A stretch of 64,000 nt of DNA from Macrostomum lignano (Eukaryota): NCBI GenBank assembly GCA_002269645.1, contig NIVC01000353.1:186001-250000 (forward strand), given 5' to 3'. Position numbers and translations under genes: made by a program. How positions within the stretch are numbered: position 1 is the first letter of the stretch; each line of letters starts with the position of its first letter. The notes under the pieces were generated by a model that was not told the origin of the DNA, did not search any database, and saw only the letters and a program-made list of their open reading frames with translations. Shown here piece after piece: positions 25,831-42,535 of this stretch.

Positions 25831-28800
25831 TTAATCAGCTTCCTCATCTTCGTTCAGTGTTGGCATCAGCTGACCGGACGAGGCTGCACTCTTAGATTTG
25901 TTTGCTATTAGGCGACGCTGCGGTGACGCGGGTGGAGGCGACGAAGTTCGCGGTACGTCTGCGGTCGCGTCGACGGTCGCATGGGCAACTTCGGGACTTG
26001 GCGGCGGAGCGCCCGGACCGGCGGGTGCGGCAACGAGCAGCGTTGCTTTTGCTGGGTTGTCCTCGTCTTCTTGTTGCTGCTGCTGCTCCTGGTCGTTATC
26101 GCCGATGACAGATTCGTTATCGTCTTCTGTAACGTCTGGTGCCGGAGTGGTCAGCGACAGGCAGACGCCGGCAGTGGCGGAATCGATCTCACGACGTCCC
26201 GATTCAACGTTGTCTAGCGAAGCCGCAGTTGTCAGACGGGTGCCGTCTCGGGTGGTCGGGTGCGGCGCTTCCGTCGGGTAGGCGCCGGCCTCAGACCAGG
26301 GATCGTCCAGCTCGTAGGTTGGACGATTGAGAGCCAGCAGGGTGGCCAGGGCTGCGTCCTGGAGCGGGTTTTGTTATGAAATGCTTGAGAGACTTGAGGT
26401 AGCGCACAAGCTAGCATTGATAAAGGTGACGCAAGGATGACGCATTGATAAGGTGACGCAAGGATGACGCATTGATAAAGTTGACGCAAGGATGACGCAT
26501 TGATAAAGGTGACGCAAGGATGACGCATTGATAAGGTGACGCAAGGATGACGCATTGATAAAGGTGACGCAAGGATGACGCATTGATTGATAAGGTGACG
26601 CAAGGATGACGCATTGATAAAGGTGACGCAAGGATGACGGATCGATAAGGTGACGCAAGGAATCCGTGGCAGTGACGGAAGGAACCAATCCGCAAACACA
26701 GAGGCAATGACAAAATCTCACCTTGGTCCCTGGCTGCCTACTCGGCAGCACCTCATCCAGCAGGGTAGATCTATCCGACCGACACTCAACAGCCACCGAA
26801 GTGGAGCCTCCAGCTGTTGAGGCTCCAGACGATCTGGCCGACAATCGCGTGGAGGATGCTGGCGTTGTGTCGGCTGAGACAGGACCCAGCATCAGCTGGC
26901 AGTCTCTGCCCACGGCCCGTTTGAACTGGCCGACAACCTGGTTATTTGGTGGTTAAATGTGCGTCGTTGTACTACTTAATTTAATAACTGTTTTATTTGC
27001 GAAATGTTTTTAGCAGAAAAAAACTCTTACTAGTCTCGATCCTCCGCCGCCAGTGTGCGCGTTGCTTTTTCCCTGCCCGACGCGTCGCTGATCTACAGAT
27101 TTTGTTCCAATCGGGGGTAAACGTCGTTTTTCAATCGCTTCCTCTCCGACAGCTCCTGGCGAGCTGTCCATCAGAAAGACCGGCATTTTAGTCGTATGCT
27201 TCTGAGGCTCTCGAAGATTCCTACCCGATTCGCTGTTGTGCAACTGGGCCCGGCGTTGCCGCAGCACATAGCGCTCGAATTCGCTGCCGGAATCCTGCGG
27301 TGCCGGCGCTGCTGCCGCCGCTCCAGTGGGGGTGTCGGCCGCCTGCTCCACCATTCTTGTCAGGCTCTCATTCGTCATTGGCTCTCTACGCGTTGGCGGA
27401 GGGAGGTGGGTGGTCAGTTCAGGGGAAGAGGAGAGGGTAGGGGATTCCCGGCCTGTACGTCTCCGGTAGGGAATCCCTCGTTGAGCTATTTTTAGCTATT
27501 CTTGAGAAGCAACATCATATCCAGCAGGGAGTTAGAAATGTTCATGCCGCACCGCAAGTCTGGGAATCCTTCAATTATTGGATCTATTTTTAGCGCACCT
27601 GAGGTTTGAAAACGTTTTACACGACACGGACGATACGAGATCATAAAAATTTAGCATAATCAATTTTAGTTGTAACAATTAAGCTATAGGTTAAATAAAC
27701 TTGGGTCATTAATTAGGCTTAAAAGTGCATAATTTTTTTTGAGATGTTAGTTCATTTACTGTTAATTAACATCAAAATGATAATCTTTTAATGCTATACT
27801 TACTACTTGTATATGCTACTAAAGGTTTCATAACAGTGTTTAAATTAAAAGGTACAGAATGTACTTATTAGACGCATTGTCTCACCCTCGATCCACGCCT
27901 CGCAGCACCTCTGACAGCAAATCAGAGGGCAGCTTGAAGAGATCAACGCTAAATTTAAATTTTTGGTGAATTAATTAGAAGTAAAAATTAACTAAAATAA
28001 ACATCAATAGTACTCTGCATAAGTTCCTGCGAATGTACTTTTTTATAAACATGTATGATGTAATTAATTAAGTGAACGGTGCAAATAAAAAAATTCAAGT
28101 GAACTTTATTGTGTAATCATAATTAGTGTACATTGTCATGCAATCTTGTTGTTTACCTATAGTTGCATTATAAATAATGTAAACAAATTTCTGTAGATTT
28201 TAATTCTCTTTTCGACAACTTTTATACCCCTACGAAGATCAAAGAGAGAATAAAAAATGTTTATTAGATCGCAAAAGATGTTTATTATTTATTATTTCTG
28301 GCTAAAAAAGACAAATTTTATACTCACTGCTTAGCTGCCGAAGATGGAGCCATTGATTTGAAAAACCTCTGCACCCTAGCGGTTGACAAGTGGGACCGCT
28401 CGACGGCTCTCTCCTGGAATTGGGAAATACTTGATCGACTTCAAGATACACAAGGTTAAGTTGTGCATTACAAATGATAGAACTCTTCTTACCTGCAGGA
28501 AAGCCTGTCTCTGGTTATAATTATCTTCCTGCAAGTATTGGCCCAGCTCCTGATTAATATTCACGCAGGCCAGGGTTGGGTCCGGGTCGCTGCGCCTGAA
28601 AAGTGCAGCCGGGTCCGTTGTTGGAGTAAATAGTTGCTGCTCAGTGGAGTTTACTCAATAGATGGAGAGAGTGGAGAGAGGGAGGAGATAGAGAGGGCGA
28701 TAGAGGGAGAGATAGAGAGGGCGAGAGAGGGAGAGATAGAGAGTGCGAGAGAGGCAGATATAGAGTGCGAGAGAGGGAGAGATAGAGAGGGCGAGAGAGG

Positions 28801-30659
28801 CAGATATAGAGAGTGCGAGAGAGGGAGAGATAGAGAGGGCGAGAGAGGCAGATATAGAGAGTGCGAGAGAGGGAGAGATAGAGAGGGCGAGAGAGGCAGA
28901 TATAGAGAGTGCGAGAGAGGGAGAGATAGAGAGGGCGAGAGAGGCAGATATAGAGAGAGGGCGAGAGAGGGAGAGATAGAGAGGGCGAGAGAGGGAGAGA
29001 TAGAGTGCGAGAGAGGGAGAGATAGAGAGGGCGAGAGAGGGAGAGATAGAGAGGGCGAGAGAGGCAGATATAGAGAGTGCGAGAGAGGGAGAGATAGAGA
29101 GGGCGATAGAGGGAGAGATAGAGAGGGCGAGAGAGGGAGAGATAGTGAGTGCGAGAGAGGGAGAGATAGAGAGAGAGCGAGAGAGGGAGAGATAGAGAGG
29201 GCGAGAGAGGGAGAGATAGAGAGGGCGAGAGAGGCAGATATAGAGAGTGCGAGAGAGGGAGAGATAGAGAGGGCGAGAGAGGCAGATATAGAGAGAGGGC
29301 GAGAGAGGGAGAGATAGAGAGGGCGAGAGAGGGAGAGATAGAGTGCGAGAGAGGGAGAGATAGAGAGGGCGAGAGAGGGAGAGATAGAGTGCGAGAGAGG
29401 GAGAGATAGAGAGGGAGAGAGAGGGAGAGATAGAGGGCGAGAGAGGGAGAGAGACAGAGAATAGGAGAGAAGAGAGATGGGGCAAATGAGAGAAGGAGAT
29501 CTAGAGATAGAGAATAGGAGAGAAACGTGATAGAAAAAAGAGAGAAGGGGAGATAGAGAGAACCGTGGGGACCAATTCGGTGACAATACCATGAAAAAGT
29601 AAAAATAAAAAATTCAGGCTTTATATTGAATTGAATCCTTTGAGTGGGGGGGGGTAGTTTAACTTAAATGATTAAAGTTATCAAGGTAAAACACAGATTA
29701 TAGAAAATTTCGTAAAACTGCGTTATCTCAATCCTACCTGAGCGGTCCCTCTTTCGGCTTTCGATTTGGATTCGGCACCCAGACATACTCTCTGCTGTGC
29801 TGATGCAGCGCCGCGTACTGTCGGCCAACGTCTTCATGCTGCTGATTCGACATGTCCTGAACACATAGCGATCGTTGCTTGGCAACCGGGCGACGCCATT
29901 GACCTTGGCTGGGATGAGACAAGCCCTTGTCATCTAGTTCGTCTTCGTACTCCTCGTCCGCATCCAGATCATCTTCGGCATCAGCGGCGGCTCCATCACC
30001 GCGTGGAAGCTGACCTCGACGCGGTTTAGGGGCCATCTGTCTGCTCAGGCTTGACATTGGGGTGGGCATGTGCTTGATTGATAGCTGTCCGGCTGAGATG
30101 CCTCTCCCGGCCATCGAGTGCCAATCGTCAGCGTCAACTGCATGACCGTCGATGCTGTTAAACAGTTCGTCAACTATATTGTGCACCTTCTGCGTCGGAA
30201 TCTCTGCGACTGAATTTTTATCGTTATAGAAATATAATTCATATTTATCAAATATATTAATTATGTTTGAAGTTTAATAGTTTTAGCACTTATTAACAGT
30301 CAGACAAGGATCTTAATAAATAAGGTTTCAAACGTGCATTATATTATCGACTACAAAATTCACGTAGCGTTTTGATAAATTACAGATGCGTACTAAAAAA
30401 GAAAAAAGCGAATAAAATTTAGGTATCATTTCAAATTATTACAATAAATACCTCTCTGAGTATCTGCTGGTCTTTCCGGCGTTTGCTGGTGGGCTTGAAT
30501 TTCTGTTGGAGGGATGCCTTTTAGCATTAGAAGATAAGCATTTCGTCTATATAACTTTCTTGATGCCCAACATGATGGGTGAGAGCAACCAACATCGTTA
30601 CAATGGTTTACAACCAAAGTAGGAGTCTCCATATGTGATACTGCAGTCATTAAATCCAT
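25831..30659 (-). CDS. Multi-exon uncharacterised low-complexity protein with weak C9orf43/DUF4647-like motifs
   Basis: GC-rich open exons with GT-AG ends: 30659-30452, 30209-29738, 28595-28493, 28413-28328, 27948-27886, about 27495-27031, 26937-26722, 26358-25831 (TAA). Phases agree at every junction except 27886 to 27495. Motifs CNDVGCSHPSCW, EYVWVPNP and LPSDLLSEVL recall C9orf43 (CQHPQCW, LWIP, LPQDLLKELL). Confidence 0.65.
26412..26660. repeat. 27-28-bp minisatellite (CAAGGATGACGCATTGATAAAGGTGACG) in the last intron of the orphan gene
   Basis: Direct reading. Confidence 0.95.
28660..29480. repeat. Purine-rich compound repeat built from 8-nt GA-based units
   Basis: Units GAGAGGGC, GAGAGAGG, GAGAGATA, CAGATATA and GAGAGTGC in varying order. 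Confidence 0.95.
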
Positions 30660-31689
30660 TTTCCTATGACATTGGTCAATACAGTGCTTTCCTGTTTGAA
30701 ATTTTTACTGATATTGTTCAACAAAAAACCGCAGGACACTGTCAAGTTAAAAAATAAAAGAGTTTTTAGCTACTAATTACATTACATATAAAATAAAAAA
30801 GCAAATCGACTTCTAAAATGTTCAAACTTTTTTTCAAAGCATAGAAATCTGCTAATTTATTGCTTATATATATTGTTCAGTACTTTTTGTTTTAGTTACA
30901 AAAACATAATCTCTTAATACTCGTTTTTGAGCCGTAACATTTTCCGGTGCACTGTGTTGAATTCTATTTTCTATGACCAGCGAACTGTAGTACTACATTT
31001 TCTATCCGTAATGGAGATTTATATATGACAGAGAAAACAGAAAAACTTCTAAAACGATGCTAACACACTTTAATAATAAAAAGTTGATAAAAAATAGAAA
31101 AAGCACTTTGCTTCATTGAATGCGATAACTCTTAAATATTTTAAACGCAGTTAACCGGCTTTGATAAGCAGTTTTGCAGTATTTTGTGCTTTTAATCGGC
31201 TTTGACTGTAGAAAAAGTCTTTTATTTGCTCGGTTAATGAATACTGTTAGCCGCTTTTTTATTTTCCAAAGTTCATGAGAACAATTTTTTGAGAACTGCG
31301 CTGGTAGCTAGTTACGTTTATATTTAGGTTAGTACTACGTTAGTAATACGTTAGTACTACGTTTAGGTTACTAGTAGGCCTATATATTTTTCGTGTTTTA
31401 CTAACTTGCTTAATGATAATAGATTCGTACACAAAGAGTCGAGCGCTGTACAATTGAAAAAATTATTTTTGTTGTGATTTATAAATCTTAAGAAAAACAG
31501 TTACACATAAATAATACATAGGTCTATTAATCATTTTATTTCTAATTCACCTAGTCTAGAACTCTAGGTCTTTTCCCTTCAAGCTTTGTAGTAGGCCTGC
31601 TATAGACATAGTAAATATAGTAGAAGACCTAATATAGGCCTACACAAAGATAGATTAAATATTCGAACATCTGCACGATTTCTTTCAAG

Positions 31690-33960
31690 ATGAGCGAGTT
31701 ACCCCTAATTCCGAAGTGCAAGGAAGTTATTTTTGATACTGGCAACATTCTTTCATGGAGCAGGTTGAGAAAGAAACCACTCGTTTCTGGAACAGATGAG
31801 GTATGTCTATTGTCTAATGTTATACTTATATATCAATGACATTGTTTTGAATTCAGTGTCATCATTTTGTTGTTTTGTTTCATTTTTAATCTAGGTGTTT
31901 GAATTTCTGTCCATAGGCCTATTTCTACCTTAGGGTCTAGGCCTACTTAATACTAGAGGGGCCTAAGTCAAACAACTAAAGAATGAAGTCAAGGGCAATT
32001 ACCAATTAGTAGGAGGGCCTATTGTATCTTTCATATTTAGCTTTGCCTTTAGCTATTTATTTTATTAAATATTTAGCCCTTTTAATGTTTTATTAAAATA
32101 ATAAATCTAAAATATGCTCTAAAAAGGTTGTAGGGCCCATAAAAGAAATATAGGCCTAGTAATAGTAGTAGTGTAGTTTACAGTACATATATAACATGTA
32201 TAGGCCTAGCATGGACAGCATATTGTCTTATAGGCCTACAATAATATATTATTATTATACAACAATGTACCTGGTCTGGAATCTTAGAATAGAGTGAGTA
32301 TTGCCATTGGTCAAGAATTGTTCATACATGCATTAACAGTCAGCTAAGTCAGCCAATTTGGCCAACCAATTTGGCAATGGCAACAAACCAAGGTAAGTTC
32401 CAAAAATGCCCATCCAAATAAATACCCAACCCAAGTAGTACTAAGTAGATAATGAGGCATTTTGCCTTAATAAGATAGTCATAATTACTCTTGCTATTTA
32501 CCCAAAGTTGCATTAATTTTGCTTTAGGGTTTCTTTTATACATACGCTGCATTTTTAGCCAAAAACTTTAGCTAAAAAACTTTAGCCAAAAACTAAGTTG
32601 CATGGCAGACTGAATTTTGGAGGTTGCGCATGTTTGTTAAGGTTATTGAATATTGTTAACCTTTGGAATTATTTGATTTATCAATGATTAGCCTAATAAA
32701 AATTGGGTTAGGGCCTAGATTATAGGCCTAGCCTTATAAGAATAGCTACAGAAATGGCATATAATAAATTGCCATAGAAGTAGTTAAATTATGATGCTAC
32801 ATTATACCTTTGCAAAGTTTATTATTTTCGTACCATGTCATGCAATGAATTGGCAATGAAATTTTGGGTTTAAAAATTTGCTTTTTGGCCTATCTATAGA
32901 TAGTGTTAGATATTTAATGCTTATTTAATGCTTATAAATGTATGCTGTGTATCCACAGAATCTAAAATTGTATTCCAATATAATTTAGCACAAGCAAAAG
33001 TTTTTATGGGAGATAGATAGACCCAAGTGAATGGATGGCTCTGTATTTTGGCAAAAAATTTGCTTGGTCCCCCCATTGATTTTTTCTGGTTTCTGCCTAC
33101 AGGCTAAGGCAAAGCTGACTATCTTTTCTACCCTCTGGTTATACCCCTATTCCAATAGAGAATTGTAATAAGCTTTTTATCTAGTGGGGCATTTTTTGTT
33201 TTTATATTCATAGTAATAGCCAGAAATAATTCAATTCAATGTTGAATATGATACTACTATACTTTTTTCCAATAATTGAATATTATAAAGTCATCAGTAT
33301 ATAGACACCTTTTTTCCAAAATTTGTTTAAGTAATAAAAAAGTTATAGCATTTTTTGTGTCAAACAATGTTTGGTTTCATTTGTATGACTGTTATATAAC
33401 TAATATAAAATCTGACTAATATAGAATCTGATTCTAATCAACACAGATCCTTGACAGCACAGACTCCCTAGTGAAGTGCTGGTTAAAGCAGCAAGCAGAT
33501 TCGGATGCCCTGCAGAAAGCTGAGCAGATCAGAGTTTGCTGTCCAATTCATGGCAACCAAGCTGAACTGGAGCGATCTCAGATGACGCCTGAGCAGCGTG
33601 CTGAACTGCGCATTAACCTCAAGGTGAGACATGGTCTTTGACCTCTTATAAATTCATTAGTGATACTGACTGGCTGACTGTGACTGACTGACTGACTGGC
33701 TGACTGTGACTGACTGACTGACTGGCTGACTGGCTGACTGACTGGCTGACTGACTGGCTGACTGACTGACTGGCTGACTGACTGACTGACTGACTGACTG
33801 ACTGACTGACTGGCTGACTGGCTGACTGACTGACTGGCTGACTGACTGACTGACTGACTGACTGACTGACTGGCTGGCTGACTGACTGGCTGACTGACTG
33901 ACTGACTGGCTGACTGACTGGCTGACTGGCTGACTGACTGACTGACTGGCTGACTGACTG

Positions 33961-33991
<31 letters not shown>

Positions 33992-35251
33992 AACTAGCTA
34001 ACCAACTAACCAACTACATAACCAAGTAACTAACTAGATAACTAATTAACTAACTATCTAACTAGCTAATTAAATAAAACAGCTAGGAGGCAATCCAGTT
34101 ACTAATCCCTTTTAAGTTGTAATTCTATCTAATAATAGATATAATAAGAAAATGTTGCTGGACAATTGACCAATCAACCGACTGAAACACACGCGCAGGT
34201 GACCATCTGGCCAAATGCTTACCGCCACGGCGCAATCAGCGAGGCCGTACAAGAGGCTTTGACCTCGCTGTCGGCCACAGACTGCGACAGCATAGTCCTG
34301 AGCATCGCCGGCAACAGCTGGTCAAGGCCGCCTAACGCTGGCGGCCTGCTATTAAACGACGTGAAGCCGCTGTGGCTGGAATTGGAAGAGCTGCACTGCG
34401 CCGATGTTGTGGCCAGCTTAGGCGCCGCTGACTTTGTGCCGGATCTGCTTGAGTCGCTGCACCAATGGGCTAAGGAGAAACCGAGGATCTGCCAGCTGCA
34501 TACTCAGGTGAGGCCCTGGCTGTTAAATTAGTAGTTAGTAGTAGTCGTAGTAGTAGTAGTATTGGTAGTGGTAGTAGTAGTAGTGGCTGTAGTAGTGGCT
34601 GTAGTAGTAGTAATAGTAGTAGTGGCACTAGTAGTAGTAGTAGTATTTGTAGTAGTAGTAGTAGTGACAGTACTAGTGGTAGTGGTAGTAGTAGAAGTAG
34701 TAGTAGTAGTAGCAGTAGTAGCTGTAGTAGTAGTAATAGTAGTAGTGGCAGTAGCAGTAGTAGTGGCACTAGTAGTAGTAGTAGTAGTAGTAGTAGTGGC
34801 AGTAGCAGTGGCAGTAGCAGTGGCAGTAGTAGTGGCAGTAGTAGTGGCAGTAGCAGTGGCAGTAGCAGTGGCAGTAGCAGTGGCAGTAGTAGTGGCATTA
34901 GTAGGCCTAGTAGATCAAATCGACAGTACACCTGCCGCAAACAGCGGGGAGGCCAGCCAGTCACATTCTGAATCCCCTAAACTTCAGGTTGCCTGCACAA
35001 CGCCGTTACGATTGCGTAACTTTGCCAGCGCCAACGGAATGCAACTGCTGACCCATAGCGATAGTCCAGATCCGTTGCCTAGCGACCGGTTGCAACAAGC
35101 GGTTGCTAAGGCCTTCAATCGCGAGTCGGACGGCCAGGGCTGGCAGCCTCGCTGGCTGGTCCGTGTGTCCAGCACCGTTCGCGACCGGGGCGTAGTGAAA
35201 ACCTGGGGCTACGTGTACAAAGTTCAGCGGAATAACATTGTGCCAATGTAA
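31690..35251 (+). CDS. GCLM: Glutamate-cysteine ligase modifier (regulatory) subunit, 4 exons, about 286 aa
   Basis: Exons 31690-31800, 33447-33623, 34199-34507, 34988-35251, all phase 0. Motifs DTGNILSWSRLRKK, EQRAELRINLK, KPLWLELEEL, LHQWAKEKP, QLLTHSD, WQPRWLVRVSSTVRDRGVVKTWGY align with GCLM. Confidence 0.93.
32322..32663. mobile_element. Diverged second copy of the 28S-core inverted-repeat element, in GCLM intron 1
   Basis: Left end TCATACATGC (32322), right end GTTGCGCATGTTTG (32623-32636), degenerate 28S core at 32440-32503, internal sequence colinear with 58331-58607, and a 3' hairpin AAGGTTA...TAACCTT (32639-32663). Confidence 0.75.
33665..34060. repeat. (GACT)n/(ACTT)n tetranucleotide microsatellite in GCLM intron 2
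   Basis: Direct reading. Confidence 0.95.
34529..34900. repeat. (GTA)n/(GTGGCA)n microsatellite in GCLM intron 3
   Basis: Direct reading. Confidence 0.95.
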
Positions 35252-35902
35252 GATTTTAGATTATTCATTCTTAATAGTTGGTTGGGACAAGGACTACTAA
35301 ATTAGAATGGGTAGGCCTGGCACTTGGTTTCTTGGAATCGTTTTTGAAGGCCTTTAAAAAGAGTAGATTATTGTTATGTTTCATATTATATTACTTAAAC
35401 TCATTTTATTTCCAACAACATTTAGGCATTTTCCCTCTATAGTTTTTGATTGAGTGTGTTTTTATTTGGCAAGAAAAAAATTATGTTTTTCTTATGGCAA
35501 TCTAAAATAAAACATTATTTAGTTCTTTCTGGCATATGATATTTTTATACATTATTTCTAAATGTTTTTCATTAGCAGATTTAAACTATTTGCATGCAAC
35601 GAAACGGTTATTAAGAACTTAGTGCCGCCACTTCAGTATGAATATGTTTCTTATGCATCCGTATTTTATAGTTTATTTTGCAATACAGTTCTATTCAGTC
35701 AGATCTGCAGATCGTCAATGATAATAGCTTTTTTCTTAAGATTTTCGTTGTTCCAGCTTTTGGTATTTGCGTATAAATTTTGTGTATGAAATATACAGAA
35801 TTTGTTCAGCAGAACAAAATTGCGGCACTTTAGATATGCTGCGATTCTCTAATGCTACATCTTTTAATTTATGCGTTTTGACTGAGTTTTTTATTACCCA
35901 GT

Positions 35903-36328
35903 TCCCAGGTCAGCCTCCCAGATCCTCAGTTGCTGGGCCAGCCTACCCGATCCTCAGTTGCTGGGCCAGCCTCTCAGATCCTCAGTTGCTGGGCCAGCCT
36001 ACCCGATCCTCAGTTGCTGGGCCAGCCACCCAGGATCCTCAGTTGCTGGGCCAGCCACCCAGGATCCTCAGTTGCTGGGCCAGCCTACCCGATCCTCAGT
36101 TGCTAAGCCAGCCTCTCAGATCCTCAGTTGCTGGGCCAGCTTCCCAGATCCTCAGTTGCTGGGCCGGCCTCCCCCAGATCCTCAGTTGCTGGGCCAATCT
36201 CTAGATGCTCAGTTGCTGGGCCAGCTTCCCAGATCCTCAGTTGCTGGGCCAGCTTCCCAGATCCTCAGTTGCTGGGCCAGCCTCCCATATCCTCAGTTGC
36301 TGGGCCAGCCTCCCTCAGTTGCTGGGCC
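35903..36328 (+). repeat. Second array of the 28-bp CCCAGTTGCTGGG minisatellite family
   Basis: Units such as CAGATCCTCAGTTGCTGGGCCAGCCT match the 10-kb array. Confidence 0.93.
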
Positions 36329-38170
36329 ACCGCCACTACCAGGCGAGTTCTACTCGTACATGCGCGAGCTACATGTACACATGAATCAGCACCACCCGAG
36401 AGCGTACATGGACATGTGAATTTTTGCTACACGGCCTCCTAGCTATGGCTAAATGTAAAGGCCGTAATTGCAATAAGCTGCCGACCCCAATCATACATTT
36501 TCAATTCAATCTTTATTTGAAGATCTTCAATACACGTATAAAATGTAAACTTCGTGCACCAGGGCAAGCTTCAGTTTCTGCATGTGGGACACTTAAGCAC
36601 AAAATAAAGGTCAGCAATCAGATAGCAACACAGGTGTCCTAAACTAGAATTCACTGCTGCAAACATGCGTGTTTTTTCTCCAATATAATCTTGTCCGCGC
36701 GAGTTAACGGTATTTGCGCGCTAAATCCTTTATCAGTTCGGCACTTGAAACCAGCCGCCTATTCTGACCGAGATAATATCAGGATTCAATTCGTGCAAAA
36801 CGCTTTGCTTACGATCGAGTTTGGAAAAATGAAGAGGCAATTCAAAGTCGGATAAAAAACGCACAGCGGCGGCAGTTAAGGGTGACAGAATTTTATAATT
36901 TCACTTTTTTGAGCGCCAATCCATTTAATTAGATTCAAACAGTCGTGCGCAAACCGCACTACTTGATTTGATATCGGTGTATTTATTAATTTTAGTTGTT
37001 AATGCAAATACTTTTGATTTTTTCTCTAGACTCAAACAAGAAATGGCAGCTGTCCAGACGGCCCATGGAGTATATTTGTTTTATTCGCTACCAGCCTGAA
37101 TAATAATTGATAGCCGAAAAAACACAACCCGGAAACAGGAAACAAACTAATCGTGCACGCAGTCAAACGGGTTACAAGTAGCATTTTAGTAGTATGTAAC
37201 GGGTGTCTAGCATCAGGAAAAGATTTTTTATTTTTTTCATCATTTACCGTATAATTTGTATAATAGAGTACTAATAATATTATATTAATTGCAACAGCGA
37301 AGTAGGAACAGGAGGGAATCGGATGAGTTATGAGGACAATTAATTTCGAGACTGCTTTACTCACCTTTTTCTAATAACGGAAATGCGATGGGAGATTATT
37401 AATTTTTAATTACTAAACGTCCGAACATAGGATACAGGGCGGTCTTTTGAAAAACTGCACAGTCACAAAAAGTCATACTTTATTTTGCGAATGAAGATTT
37501 TATAACACCTTTCTGGGATTAAAAATCAGAAATAAAGAAATTTCTATTCCGTTGTCGGTGGTATATTGGCAGCCTGGGAATAACAGTCGGCATTTACAGT
37601 GCAGATTGCAATTAAGCATATAATTACTATAAATAACTTACTAAGACAACGAACCCCTTTAAACGCTGTTTCATTTTGAATGTTGAAATTATCATAACAG
37701 CAGGCAAATAGATTAGGGAGAGTGATGAAAAATGAGGAGGCGACAAAAGAAGAAAAAGTGTCCGACAAAAAAATCAAAAAAGAAAACGCGAACAAACAAG
37801 CAAACAAGACAAGACAGTTAAGACGAGACGGTCTGATTCTGGATGGAAGGGAATTACCGAAGCATGTAAAGATATTGGCAAAATACAAGCTACCAAAGAA
37901 TAATTAGAGACAAGAAAAAGAGGTCGAGAAACTGAGACTGAGCGTTTTATCTGCAACTTTAAGCCGATTGGCTGGGAGGGGGGCTAGGAATATTGCACCC
38001 ACCTCACTCCGCGAGACTCTGATTGGCTGAAAGTCGAACTTTAATTAAATCTCTTTGTTTCTCAGCCCCTCTCTTGACCTACGCAGATAAGTTAGTCAAT
38101 AGGCAATGATGCAGAACACAGGCTAGTGCTGATAACATCAATCTAACTGTTCCATGCTTCTGCCTGTCTT

Positions 38171-41289
<3,119 letters not shown>

Positions 41290-42535
41290 TTTTGTTTGAG
41301 TTTGAGAATTTAAGAGCTGGAATTGAAATATTGGATAAGATATATTTAAGATAAGATATTAATTAATGATTAGACTAACTGGTATAGCTATGATAAGCTT
41401 AGCAATGGTACATGTGATGTATAACTAGTAACTTTTAAAAAAAGACTAATCATTTAATATAAGGAAGTACAATAAAACCATAAAAAGGAAAGATAAAAAA
41501 GGTATTTTAGTAAAAGTTGCTTTTTGTTTACCTTTTATAACTTTTTTGAACCTTTATCCACTTTACTAAATCTAAAGGATAGCCAATTTTAATTTGGTAC
41601 TACCTTAGATCTTAAAGCCATAAAACGAAAAGACAATTTTTAACTATTTTATTCAAGATATTTTATGGCATATAAGCCTATATATGGCTATATTTGAAAA
41701 GTTAGGACAAGTAGAAATATCATTTTTAGGGATAAAAATAAAAAGTTTAATAAGCTTTTTTAAATCAAAGAGTAGGCCTAATTAATATTTATTAAATTTC
41801 TCAAAGACATTTTTGCCTTGACTAACAATTAGTTATAATTTGCTTTTTAATAACATTATAAAACTAATAATATAACATATCATTTTTTATTATTTCTATA
41901 TATAACTATAGGCCTATCCCTATTACCCTATATAAATAAAATTTCCTAAATTACTTACACATGATGTCACCCAGACCAAATATCTAATATTTAGGCATAT
42001 TATCTTACAGCTAGTTTGTTAAAGAGCTAAGCTATCTGATCTAGACTATATTATATAAATAAAGTTAGGGAAAAAATATTAGTTAAATACTCCCAATTCC
42101 AATGCCAATGGCAATAGAAAGTAGATCGAAACTCGACTCGAATTGTGAAGCTCAGTAGGTCGAGTAGGCGGCGTAGGCCTAGACCAAGCAGTTCGCAGTT
42201 GCAAATGCAGCATGCAATTGAGCAAGATTTTGTTCACTTGGCTGGTTGAGACGGTGAGTCAGGCCGCTGCTTTGTTTGCTGACGCTTGTCTCTCGCAGTT
42301 CCGGACTTGGTCGGGAAAAAGGACTGTTTTGCTGTTGATACTAATAAATAATCAGTCTACAGACCTATTCGGGGTAATGACTCGTCTTCGAGACTAGTCG
42401 CTGGCTGCCAAGGATCGAGCGAATAAATACCCGGCCATGGGAACCTGCTAAAGTTGGCAAGTAAGGAGAGTTCGACAAGAGTATTTAAATTCGCGCGGCA
42501 AGCAAATTTTACCATATTCATGTTGACGTGTAGCT

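Noticed and set aside
34562-34987. Poly-Val N-terminal extension of ORF 34562-35251, and poly-Ser tail of ORF 16254-16760
   Set aside because: These are (GTA)n intron sequences read through from real exons; splice sites lie at 34988 and 16481.
37544-37956. Hydrophobic and Lys-rich ORFs downstream of BiP
   Set aside because: T-rich, likely 3' UTR sequence with no recognisable motif or splice support.
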